In this document: piece by piece, positions 56,356 to 64,000 of the stretch
How the letters are laid out: each line of letters starts with the position of its first letter
Numbering within the stretch: the stretch's first letter is position 1
Assembly (NCBI GenBank): GCA_963422645.2
Contig: CAXXVO010000011.1
Location: forward strand, 27,893-91,892
Length of the DNA stretch: 64,000 nucleotides
Direction of reading: 5' to 3'
DNA from: Alphaproteobacteria bacterium
GTDB taxonomy: Bacteria > Pseudomonadota > Alphaproteobacteria > UBA828
The notes under the pieces: model-generated
Databases searched by the model: none
Told to the model about the DNA's origin: nothing
The model's input: the letters and a program-made list of their open reading frames with translations, nothing else
Translations under genes and position numbers: made by a program

Positions 56356-57471
56356 ATGACAAACGCTACTCCAGATATCGTGGTGTTTGACCGCGTTCAA
56401 AAAAGCTACGACGGCGAGACTCTGGTCGTCAAGGATCTCAATCTAAGCATCAAGACCGGCGAGTTTCTTACGATGCTGGGTCCTTCTGGGTCCGGTAAGA
56501 CCACCTGCTTGATGATGCTGGCCGGATTTGAGCCGGCCACTCATGGCGAAATCTACTTGAACGATCGGCCGATCAATAAGGTTGCGCCTCATCGACGAAA
56601 TATCGGGATGGTCTTTCAGGACTACGCGTTGTTTCCACATATGACAGTGACGGAAAACCTGGCGTTCCCTCTGAAAGTCCGCAGGATTTCCAAATCGGAA
56701 GTCGAGGCGAAGGTCAAGCGTGCGCTCGACATGGTTCGCCTGCCGGAGTTCGGCAGCCGACGGCCCGGTCAGCTATCCGGCGGGCAGCAACAACGCGTGG
56801 CGGTAGCGCGGGCATTGGTATTCGAGCCCGATCTGGTGCTTATGGATGAGCCACTCGGCGCTTTGGACAAGAATTTGCGGGAGGAAATGCAGTACGAAAT
56901 CAAGCATCTCCATGAAGAACTCGGCGTGACCGTGGTTTACGTGACTCATGATCAGGCCGAAGCTTTGACCATGTCCAATCGTATTGCCGTTTTTAATGAT
57001 GGCGTCATTCAGCAGCTTGCAAGTCCCAGCGCGCTTTATGAACAGCCGGAGAATGCCTTCGTTGCGCAGTTCATCGGCGAGAACAATCGTTTATGCGGCA
57101 GAGTCAAGGCGGTCGAGGGGCAGCATTGCCAGGTAGATTTGGATGGCGGCGGCACCATTCGTGCCCTCAATGTAAGGGTTGAAGGAGCGGGTTCACGCAC
57201 GACGCTCTCGTTGCGTCCCGAGCGCGTCATCATCGCGCCCCATGAAGAGGAAAAGTGCAACAGGATCGTCGGTCGTGTTCAGGAATTGATCTATCTGGGA
57301 GATCATATCCGTGCGCGGCTGTCTGTCGCAGGAACAGACGAGTTCGTTGTGAAGATTCCGAATACAGATAGGCATGGGGCGTTGCGCGCGGGCATGGACG
57401 TTGACCTGGGCTGGGCTCCAGATGATTGCCGGGCATTGGATGCTCCAGAGGAGGTAGCTGCGCCCGGTTAG
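56356..57471 (+). CDS. ABC transporter ATP-binding protein (PotA-like), lower-GC operon
   Basis: ATG 56356 gives MTNATPDIVVFDRVQKSYDG. It has Walker A GPSGSGKTT, signature LSGGQQQRVAVARAL, Walker B LMDEP and a TOBE-like tail. Confidence 0.9.
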   Translation: MTNATPDIVVFDRVQKSYDGETLVVKDLNLSIKTGEFLTMLGPSGSGKTTCLMMLAGFEPATHGEIYLNDRPINKVAPHRRNIGMVFQDYALFPHMTVTENLAFPLKVRRISKSEVEAKVKRALDMVRLPEFGSRRPGQLSGGQQQRVAVARALVFEPDLVLMDEPLGALDKNLREEMQYEIKHLHEELGVTVVYVTHDQAEALTMSNRIAVFNDGVIQQLASPSALYEQPENAFVAQFIGENNRLCGRVKAVEGQHCQVDLDGGGTIRALNVRVEGAGSRTTLSLRPERVIIAPHEEEKCNRIVGRVQELIYLGDHIRARLSVAGTDEFVVKIPNTDRHGALRAGMDVDLGWAPDDCRALDAPEEVAAPG

Positions 57472-57556
57472 AGCAGATCAAGGCGCGTCGGCTTGGCCGA
57501 GGCGAGGCTTGAGAACCCGCCGGTGTATCCGGCAAACGAGAGGGGAGTAAGCAGAG

Positions 57557-58660
57557 ATGAGATGGCTATTGAGCACGACTGTCGTTGCCGCTGGCGTCGC
57601 GTTGGCAGCCGGCAGTGCCCAGGCGGTCGACCTCACGATCGTGTCGTGGGGCGGCGCCTATACGGCGAGCCAGCAGAAGGCCTATCACGACCCCTATATG
57701 GCGGCGAATCCGGACGTCAGCATCGTCAATGACGACAACGCCTCCGAGGGACTGGCCAAAGTAAGAGCCCAGGTCGAATCGGGCAACGTCACCTGGGACA
57801 TCGTCGACATGGTCGCGTCCGACGCCATTACCGCGTGCGACGAAGGCCTCATCATGGAAATCGATCCGGATACGTGGCTGGCAGCAGCGCCGGACGGGAC
57901 TCCTGCGTCGGAGGATTTCTTCGCCGGCACCCTGTCGCCGGGTGGCACCAACTGCTTCATCCCGCAGATCGTCTATTCCACGACTTTCGGCTATCGCACT
58001 GACGTCTTCGAGGGTGAGCAGCCGTCGACAATTGCCGACGTGTTCGATCTCGAGAAATTTCCTGGCAAGCGGTCGTTAGAGAGAAAACCCATCAACAATC
58101 TCGAGTGGGCGCTGGTCGCCGATGGCGTGGCACCCGCAGATGTGTACGACATGCTCAGCACGCAAGAAGGCGTGAAGCGTGCCTTGGCCAAGTTGGATAC
58201 CATCAAGGACCAGGTGGTCTGGTGGACCAAGGGCGCGCAGCCGCCGCAGCTGCTGGCGGACGGCGAGGTCGTCATGGCCTCGGCCTACAACGGTCGTCTC
58301 TTCTCGGCCATCGCCGAAAAGAATCAGCCCATAGCCATGATGTGGGACCGGCAGATTTTCGATCTCGACGGCTGGGTCGTGCCGGTGGGTGTCAAGGATC
58401 TCGACGCGGTGAAGCAGTATCTCCACTTCGCCACCGACACGCAGCGCTTGGCGGACCAGGCGAAGTTCATCTCCTACGGTCCGGCCCGCTATTCGTCGGC
58501 GCCATTGGTGGGCAACCATGCCGATCTCGGCATCGACATGAAGCCCCACATGCCAACCGATCCCAACAATGCCGCGACCATCTTCGACTTCGACTACGTC
58601 TGGTGGGCCGACCACCGGGCGGAGCTCGACGAGGTGTTTAACACTTGGCTCGCCAGGTAG
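57557..58660 (+). CDS. extracellular solute-binding protein (PotD/PotF-like)
   Basis: 367 aa with a signal peptide (AAGVALAAGSAQA) and a family-1 SBP-like sequence (LTIVSWGGAYT). Confidence 0.85.
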   Translation: MRWLLSTTVVAAGVALAAGSAQAVDLTIVSWGGAYTASQQKAYHDPYMAANPDVSIVNDDNASEGLAKVRAQVESGNVTWDIVDMVASDAITACDEGLIMEIDPDTWLAAAPDGTPASEDFFAGTLSPGGTNCFIPQIVYSTTFGYRTDVFEGEQPSTIADVFDLEKFPGKRSLERKPINNLEWALVADGVAPADVYDMLSTQEGVKRALAKLDTIKDQVVWWTKGAQPPQLLADGEVVMASAYNGRLFSAIAEKNQPIAMMWDRQIFDLDGWVVPVGVKDLDAVKQYLHFATDTQRLADQAKFISYGPARYSSAPLVGNHADLGIDMKPHMPTDPNNAATIFDFDYVWWADHRAELDEVFNTWLAR

Positions 58661-58672
58661 CAGAGCCTGAGT

Positions 58673-58710
58673 GGGACGGGACGCACCGAGTGCGTCCCGT
58701 CCCCATTTCT
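58673..58710 (+). terminator. probable intrinsic terminator/attenuator after the binding-protein gene
   Basis: The hairpin is GGGACGGGACGCA(loop)TGCGTCCCGTCCC, followed by a weak T-rich tract (CATTTCT). Confidence 0.5.
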
Positions 58711-58744
58711 CCGAGGCCCTTGAGCAAGACGTAGGCCTGCACGC

Positions 58745-60007
58745 ATGTCGACGGTCGACGATAACGTCCTGCGAACCGCCGATGGCGTGCCATTGAAAAC
58801 GAGCCTGCGGCGGGCGACGGCCCGCAGGCGCATTCGTACATTCTTGCTGGTCGTCCCCATTCTGGGGTTCTTACTGATCACATTTGTTTTTCCCGTTATC
58901 GATATGTTGTTTAGAAGCGTCGACAACCAAATCGTTTCGTCGGTGCTTCCCCGCACGACACTGGCAATTCAAAGCTGGGATCCTGGGAGTGGAGAGCTCC
59001 CGTCGGAAGTCGTGTACGAAGCTCTGGTGCTGGATGTTCAAGAGTCATTCAAGGATAAGAGGTTGGGCCGTGCCGGGCGGCGCTTGAATTACGAAAAGTC
59101 CGGGGTGATGAGCTTGTTCCGGAAATCGGGACGGCGAGCAAAACTCATAACCGATGCCCCCTTCAAGGACCAGGTCATAGCGATTGACGAACGATGGGCA
59201 GACCTGGCAACCTGGCAACTCATTTATCAAGAATCGAGCAAAGTAACCGAAAGCTACTTCTTATCGGCTGCCGACCTTCGGGTTGACTACAAAGGTGAAA
59301 TATCCTGGAAGGCAGAAGAACGACGAATATACCTGTTTTTATTCTACCGCACATTGTGGATGAGCGGGCTCATCACGATATTCTGTTTGCTACTCGGCTA
59401 TCCGATTGGCTTCCTTCTGGCGACGTTACCGCCACGCCGCAGCAATCTCTTGCTCATACTCGTCCTGCTGCCGTTCTGGACGTCTCTGCTGGTCAGGACG
59501 ACTGCGTGGATCGCACTGCTTCAGTCCGAGGGCGTGTTGAATGACTTGATGGTATTCACGGGTATTATTTCCGAAGACGGTCGCCTGCAGATGATTCACA
59601 ACCAGTTCGGTACGTTCGTGGCGATGACGCATATTCTCTTGCCGTTCATGATTCTGCCGCTCTACTCGGTGATGAAAACCATTCCGTCCTCATATATGCG
59701 CGCCGCACGGTCTCTGGGCGCATCGCCATTCACTGGCTTCATCAAAGTCTATATGCCCAATACCGTGCCGGGGATCGGTGCCGGCTGCATTCTGGTCTTC
59801 ATTCTGTCGATCGGCTATTACATCACGCCCGCGCTTGTCGGAGGACGAACCGGTACATTCATCTCGAATATCATCGCGCTTCATATAAGCGAGACGTTGA
59901 ATTGGGGCCTGGCGGCTGCGCTGGGCGTGATTTTGTTGGCACTCGTCCTGTTGCTCTATTTCCTCTATGACAGGATCGTCGGCGTCGCCAACATGAAGCT
60001 CGGATAA
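58745..60007 (+). CDS. ABC transporter permease (PotB-like, with long N-terminal loop)
   Basis: 420 aa, polytopic. It has the EAA-type loop region (MRAARSLGASPFTGFIKVYMPNTVPG). Confidence 0.85.
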   Translation: MSTVDDNVLRTADGVPLKTSLRRATARRRIRTFLLVVPILGFLLITFVFPVIDMLFRSVDNQIVSSVLPRTTLAIQSWDPGSGELPSEVVYEALVLDVQESFKDKRLGRAGRRLNYEKSGVMSLFRKSGRRAKLITDAPFKDQVIAIDERWADLATWQLIYQESSKVTESYFLSAADLRVDYKGEISWKAEERRIYLFLFYRTLWMSGLITIFCLLLGYPIGFLLATLPPRRSNLLLILVLLPFWTSLLVRTTAWIALLQSEGVLNDLMVFTGIISEDGRLQMIHNQFGTFVAMTHILLPFMILPLYSVMKTIPSSYMRAARSLGASPFTGFIKVYMPNTVPGIGAGCILVFILSIGYYITPALVGGRTGTFISNIIALHISETLNWGLAAALGVILLALVLLLYFLYDRIVGVANMKLG

Positions 60008-60012
60008 CGCGT

Positions 60013-60861
60013 ATGCCGCCGCCGCTGCACGCAACGCACTCGGAACGAGTTTGGTACTATTCGTTTCGAACGCTGTGTGTGCTGATTTTCATCTTCCTGG
60101 TCGGCCCTATTTTTGTCATTATACCGCTCAGCTTCAACGAACTTCCTTACTTTACGTTCACGCCGGAAATGCTTGCCTTCGATCCGGCAGGTTACAGCAC
60201 GAAGTGGTACCAAGAGTTTTTTGCGGAGGACTCATGGCAAAGAGCGGTACAAAATAGCTTCCTCATAGCGGTATTTGCCACGCTCATTTCGACATTCCTC
60301 GGCACCCTGGCGGCGCTCGGGCTAAGCCGACCCGAAATGCCTTTCAGAAAAACCATCATGGCGTTGTTGATATCGCCGATGATTGTGCCGCTTATTATCT
60401 CTGCCGCGGGCATGTATTTCTTCTATGCTCGGATCGGACTGGCGTCGACGCACATCGGCGTCATCCTCGCCCATGCCGCATTAGGTATCCCGTTCGTCAT
60501 TATCACGGTGACGGCGACCCTGGTGGGCTTCGACCACTCGCTGACGCGCGCGGCCGCGAGCCTCGGGTCGAGCCCGACGCGCACCTTCTTCGTGGTGATC
60601 GTGCCGCTGATCCTACCAGGCGTCATATCGGGCGCGCTGCTCGCGTTCATCACCTCCTTCGACGAGGTGGTGGTCGTGCTGTTCGTGGGCTCGGTGGATC
60701 AGCGAACGATCCCCTGGAAGATGTTCTCAGGGATTCGCGAGGAAATCAGGCCGACCATTCTGGCGGTCGCCACGCTCCTGGTGGTCATATCGATCGTGCT
60801 CTTGACGATGGTCGAGCTCTTGCGCCGACGGAGCGAGCGGCTGCGCGGGATTCGCTCGTAA
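60013..60861 (+). CDS. ABC transporter permease (PotC-like)
   Basis: 282 aa, polytopic. It has the EAA-type loop (LTRAAASLGSSPTRTFFVVIVPLILPG). Confidence 0.85.
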   Translation: MPPPLHATHSERVWYYSFRTLCVLIFIFLVGPIFVIIPLSFNELPYFTFTPEMLAFDPAGYSTKWYQEFFAEDSWQRAVQNSFLIAVFATLISTFLGTLAALGLSRPEMPFRKTIMALLISPMIVPLIISAAGMYFFYARIGLASTHIGVILAHAALGIPFVIITVTATLVGFDHSLTRAAASLGSSPTRTFFVVIVPLILPGVISGALLAFITSFDEVVVVLFVGSVDQRTIPWKMFSGIREEIRPTILAVATLLVVISIVLLTMVELLRRRSERLRGIRS

Positions 60862-60951
60862 CGCAGCGCACGAGCCGGGCCGATCGCGAAGCGCTGAGAG
60901 AATCTCCCAAATGTTCTTGCAATGTTCCATGCTGCCACCTACGCTGTGGCG

Positions 60952-62016
60952 ATGAGGGAGGTGCGCAAGGGGCGAGGGGCGGCGAGCAACCCGAGCGGGC
61001 GCTACGAGCGCCACCGGCGCGATGCCTTCGACGACGGTTGGGATACCATCGACGAGGCACAGGCGCCGCTTCGAACCGAGGTGCGGCCCGATGCCAGCCG
61101 CACGGTGATCACCCGCAACAACTCGCCCGATCTCGGTTTCGACCGTTCCATCAATATCTATCGCGGTTGCGAGAACGGCTGCGTCTATTGCTACGCGCGT
61201 CCCACGCATGCCTATCTCGGGCTCTCACCGGGGCAGGACTTCGAGAGCCGCATCTTCGTGAAGCACGAGGCCCCGGCTCAACTCGAGCGCGAACTGGGCC
61301 GCCCCGGCTACGAATGCCGGATGATCGCGATGGGCACCAACACCGATCCCTACCAGCCGACCGAGCGGCGCCTCGCGCTCACGCGGGGCGTGCTCGAAGT
61401 GCTGGACCGCCACGATCATCCTGTCGGCATCGTCACGAAGTCGGCGCTGGTCACGCGCGATGCGGACATCCTCGCCCGGATGGCGCGGCGCCGGCTCGCC
61501 ACGGTCGCGCTCTCGGTCACGACACTGGACCGCGACCTCGCTCGCGCCATGGAGCCGCGGGCGTCCACGCCGGCGAAGCGCCTGGAGGCGATCAAGGCGC
61601 TGAGCGATGCCGGGGTGCCGGTGGGCGTGATGGTGGCGCCCATCGTCCCCGGCCTCACCGACCACGAGATGGAATCGATTCTCAACGCGGCCAGCGAGGC
61701 GGGCGCCGGCCGCGCGGGCTACGTCCTCCTGCGGCTGCCTCTGGAGGTCCGGGAGCTCTTCCTGGAGTGGCTCTCGGTCCACGCGCCCAACCAGGCCAAA
61801 CGCGTCGTGTCCCTGTTGCAGGGGATGCGCGCAGGCCGGCTCAACGATGCTAACTTCGGCTCCCGCATGACCGGCGCCGGCCCCTACGCCGACCTGCTGG
61901 CTGCGCGCTTCGCCGCGGCGACGCGCCGTCTCGGACTCACGCGGCGGGGGCCTGACCTCGATACCGGGCGCTTCCGCCCGCCTTCCCGCGACCCGGCGCA
62001 ACTCACCCTATTCTGA
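60952..62016 (+). CDS. radical SAM protein (PA0069/SplB-like family)
   Basis: Internal ATG 60952 gives MREVRKGRGAASNPSGRYE. It has the CxxxCxxC motif (CENGCVYCYA). Confidence 0.8.
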   Translation: MREVRKGRGAASNPSGRYERHRRDAFDDGWDTIDEAQAPLRTEVRPDASRTVITRNNSPDLGFDRSINIYRGCENGCVYCYARPTHAYLGLSPGQDFESRIFVKHEAPAQLERELGRPGYECRMIAMGTNTDPYQPTERRLALTRGVLEVLDRHDHPVGIVTKSALVTRDADILARMARRRLATVALSVTTLDRDLARAMEPRASTPAKRLEAIKALSDAGVPVGVMVAPIVPGLTDHEMESILNAASEAGAGRAGYVLLRLPLEVRELFLEWLSVHAPNQAKRVVSLLQGMRAGRLNDANFGSRMTGAGPYADLLAARFAAATRRLGLTRRGPDLDTGRFRPPSRDPAQLTLF

Positions 62017-62054
62017 GCCGCCGGCTCGCGCGCCATGCGTGTTAGAACGGTTTC

Positions 62055-62693
62055 ATGGCAGGGAGGCGCAAGCAGCGGGAGCAGCCCGATCTCTCGCTGG
62101 AACGCACGGCCGGCGGGCGTGTGGCCGGCGTCGACGAGGCCGGGAGGGGCCCGTGGGCGGGGCCGGTGGTCGCGGCGGCGGTCGTGCTGAATGCCGAGGA
62201 CTTGCCGCCACAGCTACGGGCGACGATTACCGATTCCAAGCTGCTCACGGCGGAACGGCGCGCAGCGCTCCAGCCGGCAATCCTGGCCTGCGCCGATGCT
62301 GCCCTCGGCATTGCCAGCGTCGCCGAGATCGACAGCATGAATATTCTTCAGGCTACGCTGCTCGCCATGCGCCGCGCCGTCGCCCGCCTCGCCCACGCTC
62401 CCGACCTGGCACTGGTGGACGGCAACCGCGCGCCCCAGTTGCCTTGCCCGGCGAGGACCGTGGTGGGCGGTGACAGCAAGAGCCTCTCGATCGCCGCGGC
62501 CTCGATCGTCGCCAAGGTGACCAGGGACCGGCTGATGGCGCGCCTCGCGGCAGACTATCCGGACTACGGCTGGGAGCGGAACGCCGGCTACGGCACGGCG
62601 AAGCATCAGGCCGCGCTCGCCCGGCTCGGGCCCTGCGTGCACCATCGGCGATCCTTCCGGCCGATCCGTGAACTCTTGGATGGCCGCTCGTGA
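62055..62693 (+). CDS. rnhB: ribonuclease HII
   Basis: 212 aa with the [18 protein letters not shown] and [13 protein letters not shown] motifs. Confidence 0.93.
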   Translation: MAGRRKQREQPDLSLERTAGGRVAGVDEAGRGPWAGPVVAAAVVLNAEDLPPQLRATITDSKLLTAERRAALQPAILACADAALGIASVAEIDSMNILQATLLAMRRAVARLAHAPDLALVDGNRAPQLPCPARTVVGGDSKSLSIAAASIVAKVTRDRLMARLAADYPDYGWERNAGYGTAKHQAALARLGPCVHHRRSFRPIRELLDGRS

Positions 62694-63223
62694 GCATCCC
62701 GGTATCCGACGACGACCTCGTTCTCCATCCACCGGGCATTCTGCGCTGGTGCGGTCGCCGCTTCGCCTGCACCATCGGGTGGGGCGGGGTGCGGACCAAC
62801 AAGCGCGAGGGCGACGGCGCGACGCCCGCTGGCCGCTTCCCCCTCCGCCGGGTTCTCTATAGGCCCGACCGCTTGGCGCCACCGCGCACGGCGCTTCCCA
62901 TCGCGCCCTTGAGCCCGCGCGACGCCTGGTGCGACGATCCCGGCCACCCGCTCTACAACCGGCCGCTGCGCCTGCCCCACCACGCCCGCCACGAAGAGCT
63001 GTGGCGGGCGGACCGCGTCTACGACTTGATCGTCATTCTCGGCCACAACGATGCGCCCGTCGTATCCGGGCTCGGCAGCGCAGTGTTCCTGCACGTGGCC
63101 CAGCCGGACTACGCGCCGACTGCAGGATGCGTCGCCGTGGCGGCGGGCGATCTGCTGACGATCCTGGCCGGCGTGGACCCCCAGACGTGGCTCCGCGTGC
63201 CGCCCGTAGTGGCTCCGCGTTAA
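62690..63223 (+). CDS. L,D-transpeptidase (YkuD) catalytic-domain family protein
   Basis: 177 aa with the His...Gly-Cys motif ([18 protein letters not shown]). It overlaps the rnhB stop. Confidence 0.75.
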   Translation: MSIPVSDDDLVLHPPGILRWCGRRFACTIGWGGVRTNKREGDGATPAGRFPLRRVLYRPDRLAPPRTALPIAPLSPRDAWCDDPGHPLYNRPLRLPHHARHEELWRADRVYDLIVILGHNDAPVVSGLGSAVFLHVAQPDYAPTAGCVAVAAGDLLTILAGVDPQTWLRVPPVVAPR

Positions 63224-63933
63224 GGCGTGGGCCGGGTCCCGAATATCGCCGTGCCGATCCTGACGTGGGTGGCGCCGAGCGCGATCGCGGTCCGGTAATC
63301 GGCTGACATTCCCATGCTGAGGCCTTCGAGCCCGTGGCGCGAGGCGAGCTTCTGCAGCAGCGCGAAGTGGGAGCCGGAATTCTTGGCGGCGGGCGGGATG
63401 CACATGAGCCCGATCACCGGCAGCATCAAATTGTCTCGGCACTGCGCGACCAGCGCGTCGAGGCCATCCGGCAGCACACCGGCCTTCTGTGGCTCGGCGC
63501 CGGTGTTGACCTGGATGAAACAGTCTGGGCGCTTTCCCTGGCGATCCATCTCGCGGGCGAGCGCTGTCGCGAGCTTCGGCCGGTCGATCGCGTGGATCGC
63601 GTCGGCGACCGCTACCGCGTCCCGCGCCTTGTTGGTCTGTAGCGCCCCGATATAGTGGAGCACCGCACCGGGCCATTCGGCGCGGAGAGCCTGCCACTTC
63701 TCGCTCGCCTCCTGCACCCTGTTCTCGCCGAAGGTCATGTGGCCGGAGGCGAGCGCGGGCACAATCCGGCTTACAAGGTGACCCTTGGAGACCGCGATCA
63801 GCGTAATCTCGTCCGGGTCGCGTCCGGCAGCGCGCGCCGCGTCCTGGACCTCGGCGGTGACGGCGGCCAGATTGGCCGGGACATCGACGGTCGCCGAGCC
63901 GTCTCGGGCGGGAGCGGGAGATGCGTGCACCAT
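63220..63933 (-). CDS. yggS: YggS-family pyridoxal-phosphate homeostasis protein
   Basis: Probable start is M20 of ORF 63220..63990. The product contains LIAVSKGH (the PLP Lys), HYIGALQTNK and LSMGMSADY. Confidence 0.85.
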   Translation of the reverse strand: MVHASPAPARDGSATVDVPANLAAVTAEVQDAARAAGRDPDEITLIAVSKGHLVSRIVPALASGHMTFGENRVQEASEKWQALRAEWPGAVLHYIGALQTNKARDAVAVADAIHAIDRPKLATALAREMDRQGKRPDCFIQVNTGAEPQKAGVLPDGLDALVAQCRDNLMLPVIGLMCIPPAAKNSGSHFALLQKLASRHGLEGLSMGMSADYRTAIALGATHVRIGTAIFGTRPTP

Positions 63934-64000
63934 GGGCACCTGAGTCGAGCGAGCGATGGGAACGCTAGCAGAGGCAGCGGCGAGCCTCAAACGATCGGCA

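Overview
This is a high-GC bacterial chromosome segment (roughly two-thirds G+C by eye). Its conserved blocks (lipB-ligA-recN-bamD, serC-serA, rmuC, sdaA, nagK-nagA, rnhB, yggS) suggest an alphaproteobacterium, which is an inference. About 50 genes are credible. I found no rRNA, tRNA or CRISPR array.

Most of the window is ordinary core or catabolic DNA. It includes a HyuA/HyuB-type ATP-dependent amidohydrolase gene, an amidase, a Liv-type ABC transporter, an omega-aminotransferase, a proline-racemase-family enzyme, an enolase-superfamily enzyme and RidA genes.

Three mobile-DNA patches stand out.

1. 17336-26493 is a 9.2-kb nest of elements with a clean target duplication. It sits inside a gene that reconstructs to a fused HyuA-HyuB (5-oxoprolinase-like) ORF of about 1287 codons. 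The shell is an unclassified IS. Inside it are a Tn7-like end with a decayed cargo module, an IS66-family element, an IS4-family element and an IS21-family element. In the IS66-family element the usual tnpA/tnpB slot is occupied by a Dam-like DNA methyltransferase that overlaps the transposase start.

2. 28423-30896 is an IS with an 8-bp duplication. Its transposase is a frameshifted DUF4338-DDE fusion.

3. 41091-44863 holds an intact 2.56-kb copy of the unclassified IS (760-aa transposase) and an AT-rich orphan ORF. It also holds an exact 221-bp copy of the IS end from patch 1 and a 450-bp gene-less Tn7-like inverted-arm element. The patch is flanked by truncated host genes.

Other points of note are a single-chain triple-RidA protein, a lower-GC pot-like ABC operon next to decayed native transporter genes, and a frameshifted Liv-type binding-protein gene.
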